Shown: positions 26,473 through 36,110 of the stretch, piece after piece | Layout of the letters: every line of letters starts with the position of its first letter | Numbering within the stretch: position 1 is the first letter of the stretch | Assembly: GCF_964204645.1 (NCBI RefSeq) | Contig: NC_134031.1 | Span: 7,750,001 to 7,814,000 of the forward strand | Source: Tubulanus polymorphus | Lineage: Eukaryota; Animalia; Nemertea | Direction: 5' to 3' | DNA: 64,000 nt | Notes under the pieces: model-generated | The model's input: only the letters and a program-made list of their open reading frames with translations | Database searches by the model: none | Told to the model about the DNA's origin: nothing | Made by a program: the position numbers and the translations under genes

Positions 26473-26730
26473 AGGACTGTATACTCCTCGCTCAATCGCT
26501 TCCTCACTCCCCATCGACTGTCAGTGGAGTGGGCCCGAAACCCCGTGGCGTTGGACCGAGAACTCTCCCGACAGTAGTTACCCCACCAACAGTTATTTTG
26601 CTGTTACTTGGTCCGAAGAGTCTCAAGTCGGATGTTTTTAGCCGTGGGCGGTGTGACTTTGGTATAGCTTCGTACGCGTCTCTTGAGAGTATAGTGCGGC
26701 AGGCGCCAGTATCTACCAAGAGGGCCGTCT
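26473..26730 (-). pseudogene. Gypsy aspartic protease fragment
   Basis: LLVDTGACRTILS motif. Confidence 0.8.
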
Positions 26731-27101
26731 GAACTTGTCCTATCTCGGTAATTATGTAAAGTCCATTAACGACGATTTTATCTGGGTGGCAATTAGCAAT
26801 TCGGACGATGCTTGTTGGAGGGGGCTACTCAATTTGATGAACGTCTCAGCGAAGCTGGTCTCAAGATTAAACCTGAAAAGTGTAGTTTTTTTCCGAAAGT
26901 CAGTCATATATCTCGGACACAAGCTGTCTGCTGCAGGTATCGAGCCGGATCCTGCGAAGATTCATGCAGTGAAAGACTGGAGTAGACCGACGACGGTGGC
27001 AGAAGCTAGGAAATTCCTAGGATTCTCTAGCTATTACCGAAAATTTATCAAGTCTATGCAAGAATAGCTGCACCATTAACTACTCTTCTCTCGGGGATAT
27101 C

Positions 27102-27491
27102 TGTAACCGGCTGGTTGTTGTATCGGCAGGCTGGCTGGGGAACTAGCATTTACACCAGCGGTACAGGATTCCATCCATCAGGAACAACAAGGCAGTTAAA
27201 CCTTATATGTACAATCTTTTTTGCATCCCGGAATGAGAATGATTATCATAGCTTTACATAGTCTTTATATACAGAATCATGAGTATAATGTGAGAACTAG
27301 GTGTCAGACAAGTTGTAGACATCAGGACTCACAAACAAACACCTAGTGACATGTTTGAGAGACATTAATTAATTATCGATGAGCACTGACTATAGCTAAT
27401 TATCGTGAAAACATGTTGAGTAATGTCACATGTTGATTACGACCTTAAAGCACATATTGACACTATAGTCATAAGTTATATTATATTATTA

Positions 27492-27586
<95 letters not shown>

Positions 27587-27639
27587 GTTATTGTTATTGT
27601 TATTGTTTTTTGTTATTGATATTGTTATTGTTATTGTTA

Positions 27640-27680
<41 letters not shown>

Positions 27681-27878
27681 GTTATCGTTATCGTTATCGT
27701 TATCGTTATCGTTATCGTTATCGTTATCGTTATCGTTATCGTTATCGTTATCGTTATCGTTATCGTTATCGTTATCGTTATCGTTATCGTTATCGTTATC
27801 GTTATCGTTATCGTTATCGTTATCGTTATCGTTATCGTTATCGTTATCGTTATCGTTATCGTTATCGTTATCGTTATC

Positions 27879-27929
<51 letters not shown>

Positions 27930-28019
27930 ATGTAGTAGAGCTATGAAATATATGAACTGTTCGATGTGACATTGTAGATCTATATGATTATGAAATATGC
28001 AAATTATATCAGGGTGACA
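27102..28019. mobile_element. Solo LTR containing an expanded microsatellite
   Basis: TGTAACC...GGGTGACA termini, 4-bp TSD TATC (27098-27101 and 28020-28023); the interrupted pol continues across the site. Confidence 0.85.
27474..27927. repeat. Compound microsatellite (TTA)n-(GTTATT)n-(GTTATC)~33-(TTA)n
   Basis: Directly visible. Confidence 0.98.
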
Positions 28020-28677
28020 TATCTAATCAAAAAGGGAAAAGAAAGATCGCAGAACAGAGCATGGCAATCGAGTGGTCAGGTGAATACGAATATAACAAGG
28101 CTTTTCTATACTTGAAGGAATGCCTCACTTCAACACCGGTACTAGGGTTTGCTGGCTATAAAAGTCGTCCCTTCGAACTGCACACGGATTGGTCTCATGA
28201 TGGTCTCGGAGCTCTGCTATATCAAGAGGATCTGGATGGTAGGTGTCGGGTGATGGCATACGCGAGTCGTGGGCTTAACTCATCGGAGAGAAAATATCCA
28301 ACGCATAAGCTGTAATTTTGGGCCTTAAAGTGGGCGGTTACCGAAAAATTTCATGATTACCTGTATGGTGGACCATGCCTCGTCAAGACGGATAACAATC
28401 CATTGACGTATTGTAAGACTTTGGTACACTTTTAAGAAAAAAATTAACTATTTATTTTTTATTATATTCACTAATCCAAAAATAATTGCACAGCACAACT
28501 GTAATTAAAGAGAAAATTGTATGTTCAGCAGCAAAGTTAGTGATATTTCCAGCAGATTTTAAAACAAAACCAACAATTGATGCTATAACTCCAGTAATTG
28601 GAAAAGTGGGGTTTCAGATCAGAGGTCGAGAGGTCGACACATCACTCATCACCACAAATAATTTTTCCCCACAATAA

Positions 28678-29025
28678 ATGGGAGATAGAAAAGCATTCTT
28701 AGCAACAATAAATAACAGAATAAAACCAGCAAAAAAACAATTTGAAATAAAAAAGTTAGTTGATGTTACAAAAGAAAGTGAACATGAGATATTAAAATTA
28801 GAAAAGGTAAAACTAAATATGGAGATAAAATATCAGCAAATTTAAGTTACTTTAATGTTAGTACATGGCGAGAATTTAAAGTATTTTTACCTGATAAATG
28901 GGTTTCATTGAGTACAGAGGAATTAAAAGATTTAGAAGGATTTATAGGATTTTTTAGAAGGATTTAAAATAATCTATCATGGAAAAAATGAAGCAGGGCA
29001 TCATGATTTAGAAATTGTTGATTAA
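28678..29025 (+). pseudogene. Small viral ORF, frameshifted, unknown function (possible OB-fold)
   Basis: TAAATG start; MGDRKAFLAT...ILKLEKV/KTKYGDKISA...FKVFLPDKWVSLSTEELKDL...YHGK. Confidence 0.5.
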
Positions 29026-29201
29026 TTAAAAAAATAGAAAAATGAAATAATAAAAAAAATAAGAAAATAGAAATAATGAATATCAAGAATCCGAAATGAC
29101 TTATCTGGACAATTCAATTGCTCCACGTAGATAGACAAAAGTAGTGAGATATTTAATTAATTAAAAATAAAATTATTTTGTTTGCTTTTTTCTGCTTTTT
29201 T

Positions 29202-29576
29202 CTAAAATATCACTCCATTTTTTATTATGAATTTTGGAATTTCAGAAGTATTTTCATTTTTAGTAGCAGTAGTTTCAGAATTATTAATATCATAAATTTT
29301 ATTTGATTTCTTATACCAACTACACCCAATCAAAATGAATACAACTTCAAATCCAGTTTTAAAATATAAATATTTATCAAATATTCTCTTATTAGAAGTA
29401 GTAGAAATAACAATATTTTCACCATTTTCATTAACATTTTTATTATTTATTTTTTCTTTTATAGCTTTTTTATATTCTAGTGATCTAATTCCTAATTGCC
29501 GAGACCAGTCAATTTGTTTCTGAGTTCTCGGTTTTTTCTTCACAGTTAATTCCTTCGCTTCCTCCACCTCGCTCAT
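29202..29576 (-). CDS. Viral hypothetical protein with basic N-terminus and one hydrophobic segment
   Basis: 124-aa ORF, TAAATG start directly after the upstream stop. Confidence 0.6.
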   Translation of the reverse strand: MSEVEEAKELTVKKKPRTQKQIDWSRQLGIRSLEYKKAIKEKINNKNVNENGENIVISTTSNKRIFDKYLYFKTGFEVVFILIGCSWYKKSNKIYDINNSETTATKNENTSEIPKFIIKNGVIF

Positions 29577-29579
29577 TTA

Positions 29580-30113
29580 TTATAGAAAAATTTTACTTTC
29601 AATATTTGAAAATGTTATAACTCCAGTTGATAAAAATGTCATAAATCCACCTAATTGAAATGATAAATATCCAATCCATTTATTTAATTCAGCCATAACT
29701 AAATAATCATTTTTTAAATCGGAATATAATTTATTTTCATCTTGAATTGGTAGCATATAATTACATAATTTACTATAACCTATTACTACATTTTCTGATA
29801 CCGCATCATTAATTCTAGCTGTTCTCGCAGTTTCATAAATCTTAAATAATCTAATAATTTCATCTGATTTCATTGTATCTAATTCATTATAAGTTAAATT
29901 TTTACTAATAAAATTTTTACATTTCCCAGATGCAATTAATATTTCTAAGTGATGTTTGCAATAAAGATAATATTCATAATTATTATTTGTTGTAACATCA
30001 TTAAAAGCACCATCATCTGGAGTTAATTTTGTTTCTGTTATTCCTAAATCATCTAAAGTTTTTTCAATTGCAACATCACTATTTTTATATTTCATTTTCT
30101 TTTCACCACCCAT
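29580..30113 (-). CDS. Viral hypothetical protein with hydrophobic C-terminus
   Basis: Intact 177-aa ORF in very AT-rich DNA, TATATAAATG start. Confidence 0.7.
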   Translation of the reverse strand: MGGEKKMKYKNSDVAIEKTLDDLGITETKLTPDDGAFNDVTTNNNYEYYLYCKHHLEILIASGKCKNFISKNLTYNELDTMKSDEIIRLFKIYETARTARINDAVSENVVIGYSKLCNYMLPIQDENKLYSDLKNDYLVMAELNKWIGYLSFQLGGFMTFLSTGVITFSNIESKIFL

Positions 30114-30344
30114 TTATATAACAAAAAATTTATTTGTTTTGTTGCAACTAGAATTGAACTAAAATTTAACTAGAATGTAACTAAAAATATACTAGATTAA
30201 CAAGCTAGTTAAAATATTGTTGTTTCTATTTATTTCTTGTTTAATTTTATTTGATTTTTGTTTCAACTACTAACAACTAGAATTCAACTAGAATGTAACT
30301 AAAAATATACTAGATTAACAATCTAGTTGAATTTGAATAAATTC

Positions 30345-30939
30345 TTATTTAAATGGGTGTTTTAATCGAAATAGTAATTTTGATCTTTTATTATTTTTCA
30401 ATTTATCCATATATTCATTATGTAAATCATGTGGAATAACATTATTTTCCTCAAGTGCATTTTTCATCGATTTTCTATCTTTATTGTAGAATAAAACTAG
30501 AAATCTTATAATCTCCCTAAAATCTTTAACAATTGGATTATTTTTTTGATTTAAAACCCATGATGTTATGCCAAAATGTCTCCCAGAGAAAGCTAAATAG
30601 CACAACTCACTTTTTCTAACTTTTGAATCATGTAAATTAGCACAATCATCTATGATGAATAATATATTTGATCCTTTATAAATATCAATTGCTATTTTAA
30701 TACAATTATCTAAATTTTCTTTAACTGTTTTAGGATCTAATACAATAAATTTATTATTTCTAGTAATATTTCTATCATAAGTTTGATTAAATTCATACGT
30801 TGGACAAAATAATACTATATTATCAAAATAGTTTTTATAAACAGTTTCTAATAAATTTAATATAAAATAAGTTTTTCCACGATTTGTTACGCCTGAAATT
30901 AACATATTATGAGGTTCAAATATAAAATTCCTTATTCAT
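30345..30939 (-). pseudogene. A32/FtsK-like DNA packaging ATPase (frameshift near the start)
   Basis: Walker A ISGVTNRGKT, Walker B LFIIDDC, SGRHFGI...NQ Arg-finger/sensor motif. Confidence 0.9.
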
Positions 30940-32062
30940 TTATATATTTTTAATTTTCCTTGATAATATCCATTCATTAAATTTATCTGGCCATCCAACC
31001 CATTTTACTAAAGGATATTTTTTTCTATTAACAGTTTTTGTTTTTAGTACCTTTTCAATTTTATATTCATGTTCTAGATTTTCAGTAGTTAAACTTAATT
31101 CTTCTTCATAAAAATACCTATCAACTTCTTCACCATTTAAATCTTCTAATTTATAGACATATGGTTTTGTTGTTATTACCTCTTTTATTTTATATATTTC
31201 TCTAGTAAAATTACGATCGTATCCTTTGTCAAATATCTTTCTATACTTAGAAATTCTAACATTTTGACTCTTTAAATTTAGGTTCACCAAAATCATCTAC
31301 AAGAAATGCCCCATACAAATTATTCCAAACAATTTCAGCATTTTCAGGGTTTCTAGCAACAATAGGTTTCATTCCAATAGAAGAATGATAAGAATAGTTA
31401 TATCCTTCTATCAATTTTGGTAAAACATCCATTTAAAAGTATTATTTGCTGTAAAATATTTCCACATTGTTGTTCTTAATGTTCTATTAAATCGTTCAAC
31501 AACTGCTGCTTTTTTATCCGATTTTGTTGAAAAGTATTGAATGTTATGATTATCTAAGAGTTCATGAACAAGTGAATTATCAAATTCTTTTCCATCATCA
31601 AATTGTATTTTTTCTGGTTTTAGTTTATCATCCGAAAGAAATTTTCTTAAAACTAATGATGTTTGTGCAGCATCTTTTCTATAAATTGGGAAGCTCCATA
31701 CATAACGACTTAAAATATCAATTATATTCAATATCCACCAATAATCATCATCATCTTTCTTAACATTTTTCATATCAATTAAATCTCCTTGCCACTGTTG
31801 ATCTACATAACTTACCATAGTTTTACGAGTTCTATATTTTCTAAAAAAATTTTTATGTGTTGTATATATTGGTAAGTCTAACATAAATTCACTTATATCT
31901 TTATATTTAACTAAATTTTGTGGGATTATCTTATCTAATTTATCTTGTTTTACTTGACGCCATATATCTTTTACAGAAGAATAAGCAACCGAACTCTCAG
32001 GATTATAATATAATTTTCTTAAATATTACTCTTTAGTATTAGGAGTTTTTTTTATTCCCCAT
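30940..32062 (-). pseudogene. Polinton-type retroviral-like integrase with C-terminal chromodomain (frameshifts)
   Basis: LYYNPES, YTTHK, QWQGDLIDM, IIDILSRY, IQFDDGKEF, AVVERFNRTL, NVRISK..IFDKGY..NFTREIY, chromodomain YKIEKVL...LVKWVGWPDKFNEWI. Confidence 0.93.
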
Positions 32063-32092
32063 TTATATATCGTTAATTTTAACTTAATATTT

Positions 32093-33335
32093 CTAATATT
32101 GAATACTATATAATTGAGAATTTATAATATTTAATTGCGCGTCAGATATAATATAAATGTCCATTTTGAAATTTTTGATCCCTTTTTTCTTTTTCATGAA
32201 TAATTGGATTCCATCGTTTGTGTTCTGTAGTTTTTTTACCAGAACCATGTAATGAATTATCCTCTGTTGTTCTAAAATCTAACCATAATGCGTATTTATT
32301 GCCGGTATAATAATCAATTTGATTAATATTACAATTTTCAGATGATTTTACTTTTTCATTCATAAAATGTTTTCTAATTTCTGGCCACTGATCTATCATT
32401 CTCATTCCTTGACAAAATATTTTATTTGCTATACCTTCAATAGTTATTTCTACCTTTGATATTTCAGGATTATAATAATTATCAACATTCATTGCACCAT
32501 TAGAATATGTTGCAATGGTAAAAAATATTAATATACCTTTAATAGATTCTTAATTCTTGGGAAGTTAATATTCTCATTAATTATTTCATCATTTGCATTA
32601 ATAGTTACAGTTTTAAATTTATCAATGTAATCATATGATAATGAAAATCCTTGATTGTATTGAGTTTGAATTATGCTTGAAATATTTTTATCAGTTACTG
32701 TATCATATTCTAAACATTTTGTAACCCATATCTTTAACTACACTTGATAATACAATTTCATTAACAGGAGCAAATGTTATCTCGAATATAATATCTTCTT
32801 GAATTGCGTATTTATATAAAGGTGCATTATTATTTATCAATTCAAAGTCTAATGGAATTTTATATTTGCTTCCATTAATCTTTTCCATCAAATTATCTGT
32901 AGCATTAGTTATTATTGCATTATTAGCTTCTGATCTTAATTTATTATGGTTTTCTGATTGGATGCCTTGAAAAATCATATTATTTCTATTTTCTTTAGTT
33001 AACCATAAATCTTTATAATGCATAAATAAATTATAATCATCTAATGAAAAAACTGTTTCTGGTCCAATCTTTATAGTCAATTTTTTAATCAAATATCTTC
33101 CAACATTATCAACAACATAATTATTATCATGGCCAGTTACTTTTATATAAACTGACAAATAAATACTATTTGGAACATAAAAAGTATTTTGATTTAATCT
33201 CGGGATTCTAACATATAAAGTTTCATCATGATTAATATTAGAAGGATCATGAGTAGTTATATGATGAGATCTCTCTGCTTTAATAGCATTAGATATTCTA
33301 GAATTCTTAGAAGGATTTATATAACTACCACTCAT
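32093..33335 (-). pseudogene. Putative major capsid protein (fragmented, ~410 codons)
   Basis: Beta-rich ORF pieces 32703-33335 and 32142-32492 joined across frameshifts, ending ISDAQLNIINSQLYSIQY*; size and position typical of a double jelly-roll MCP; fold not verified. Confidence 0.6.
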
Positions 33336-34845
33336 TTACTTGACAAAAAAATTAATTATTTATTTTTATCATATTCACTAACCCAAAAATAATAGCACTA
33401 ACAATTGTAATTAAAAATAAAATAATATGTTCAGCAGCAAAACTAAGAATATTTCCAGCAGAATTTAATACAAAACCAACAATTGGTGCTATAACTCCGG
33501 GTTAAGCGGCAGCAGATTTTTAAGATAGTTCCCATATATATTTTGCTAATTTTTTTAAACCATCCTTAACTTTATCTTGTATGAATTATTATTTGGAGGT
33601 GGTTTATCCGGTTTATTGGGAGTTAGTGTAGATTTCAGTGAATTTGATATGGCTAAACATATTGTTGTGAATACCATAGTTACAGCTGTTAGAATTGAAA
33701 GAATTGTGATACCTTCTAATTCAAATAATAATTTTATTCTATCTTTCAATGATATTTCAGAATTTGGTTTATCAACAAATCTTTAAAAATAACTTTTAAT
33801 CTATTAATATTATAATATATAATTATATTAATATCATTAATATAATAATAATTTAATTTCTTCTTTCCGAAATTCTATGTTATATTCTAAATCATCTTTT
33901 TCTTTTTCTTAATATGCATTTCTTTTTTTTAAATTCAATTTCTTCAATAACTTTATTATCGCTATCTTATTTTAATTGTTCTATTTCTTTAATCTTATCA
34001 GTTCTATCTTTTTCTAAAGTTCTAATTTTAAAATCTCATACTTTTGTCATGCGCAAATTTATCAGCTATATTACTAATACTAATAATTTCTCTAATTGCT
34101 TTATCAGAAAATATATTTAAATCTTCTAATTGTTGATCTGTTACATCAAGTAATCCATTTGGTAAAATTTTTTCAATTGGAACTTTATTTGATTTAAGTT
34201 TACTAGTTTTGGAAGTTATATTCTGTTCAGAAGTTGTTTCTGTTTCTAAATTATCATTGATTGTTTCAAATAATCTATCAATTCTTTCTTTAAATACTCT
34301 TTTATTTTGATTTACTTCTTCTTGTGTTACATTTTCTATTTCATTACTTTTACTTATTCTTTTAATTCTAGATGGTTCTAAATTACTCAAAGTTGATTCT
34401 GCTAATATTTTATTTTGATTTTTATAAGTGATATTAATATGATAATCATCTTTCAAATGATAATAATATTCACCATCTAAAAATTGCAATTCTCTTGCTA
34501 AATATCTGGCACCTGTATCATTTATATTATACCCAGATTTTTCAAATATAGGTTTAGAATTATTTATATATTCATTATATTCTAAATATTCATTATATTC
34601 TAAATTCTGTCTTACTAAATCTGGATTTTCATTTTCAATGTTTATTCTTCGTCCAGCTCTTCTATCAAAATCGCCTGTTGATATTATATTATCATTAAAA
34701 TCACTATCTGCTAAATTATTATTATATATTCTGGCTCATTACCATCATTAAAACTTGTTTCATGAAAATCAGGCGGTTGTTCTTCAGTTATGCCAGGTTC
34801 ATCAAAAGTATCCATTCCAATATCTTCTCCACCTTCTACATCCAT
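33336..34845 (-). pseudogene. Large viral ORF: acidic N-terminus, coiled coil, C-terminal hydrophobic/amphipathic helices (fragmented)
   Basis: Starts MDVEGGEDIGMDTFDE..ETSF; ends RIKLLFELEGITILSILTAVTMVF...PGVIAPIVGFVLNSAGNILSFAAEHIILFLITIV. Confidence 0.65.
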
Positions 34846-35098
34846 TTATATAATAAAAAAGATAAAATTTAAAATATAATATTCCCCCTATTACAATTCC
34901 TATACAAGTTATAGCTAATTTAGTATTTTCATGTGTTTTATTATCAATATCACTTCTAATTATTTCATGCTGAATATTATCAGTTTTTATATTTTCTGAT
35001 GTATTGTAATCTTTTATTTTAGAATCATTATTTAATTTAATATTCTTAGTTTTAGTTTCAGTTGATTGAATATGTTTTTTAATTTTTTCACCTTCCAT
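34802..35098 (-). CDS. Small viral protein with one TM helix
   Basis: LAITCIGIVIGGILYF segment. Confidence 0.5.
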   Translation of the reverse strand: MEGEKIKKHIQSTETKTKNIKLNNDSKIKDYNTSENIKTDNIQHEIIRSDIDNKTHENTKLAITCIGIVIGGILYFKFYLFYYINGCRRWRRYWNGYF

Positions 35099-36110
35099 TA
35101 ATTTTGGAGCAGTAATTATCTTTTTTATTTATATCATTTAATCCAAATGAATTATGTATTGTTGCAGTTTTAATTAGATTATTAAAACCAATTATATTCC
35201 CCATTTTTAATATTAAATCATCAGAAATAATTAATAAATTAGGACCTATACAATAATTTAATCTTACATAAGATTTATCTAAATAATTTTGATATCTTAC
35301 TATATTGTCTGGAATTGATCTATTTTTATCATTATGAATTGAATCTTCAAATAATTGTTTTTGTGTATCAAATGATGTATTTAAATTTCCAATTATAGGG
35401 GAGCTTGTTTCAACCTGTGATCCTAACATACAAATCAAATATATTTTAATAGATTGATTTATTCGTTGTATACCTATTTTTGTAAAACCTTCACTATTTT
35501 CTATAATAAAATAAACCCAACCATTATTATTTTCTTGTTTTAAATTATCATAAAATTTCGGCAATTTATTTAAATTTAATTTTTTTAAACTAAATCAATA
35601 TTTTCTATTTTACCATAACCTAATTTATTATTATACATATTATAAAAACTATAATATGGTATGGGAAGTGTGCAATGTTGTAAAATATTTTCAGGACAAG
35701 GAATTGATCTTATTATTCCAATTTTTGTTCGAAAATCAGAATTATTTATATTTATATTAAATTCATCACGAACTTTATAAAACTTTGATAAATCAATATT
35801 ATTATCTAATTCTTTAAAATATCTAGATCCTGGTAAAGGACATTCTAATTCATTTAATATAAATCTAATTTGATAATAAGTATGAAATCGAAAAAAACTT
35901 TAATTTATATTTTGAATTATTTGAATGATCGTTCCAACTATTTCCACATCCTGTTGTTGCACAATAAACTGCAAAATTTAATTGGTTCTGCCAATACTTC
36001 ATTTTGATAACCATTGCTTTTCATCTTTCAATTTTTTTTTAATTATTGAAGTATTTTGTTGATAATTGCTGTGAAATCAAATTTGGGGGGATTTTTTTTT
36101 TATTTGGTTG
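35088..36110 (-). pseudogene. Viral hypothetical protein (YWQNQLNFAVYCATTGCG motif), fragmented and 5'-truncated
   Basis: YWQNQLNFAVYCATTGCG, FFRFHTYYQIRFILNELECPLPG, GFTKIGIQRINQSIKIYLICMLGSQVET. Confidence 0.65.

Larger units (their letters stand above)
26735..28412 (+). pseudogene. Second Gypsy pol fragment (RT thumb/RNase H) split by a solo LTR
   Basis: YLGHKLS..GIEPDPAKI, FLGFSSYYRKFI; resumes after 28023 with PVLGF, FELHTD, GLGALLYQ, AYASRGL, ALKWAVTEKFHDYLYG, TDNNPLTY. Confidence 0.9.

Noticed and set aside
27423-27969. Long poly-Leu/Ile/Val and Leu-Ser ORFs
   Set aside because: Translation artefacts of the stop-free microsatellite.
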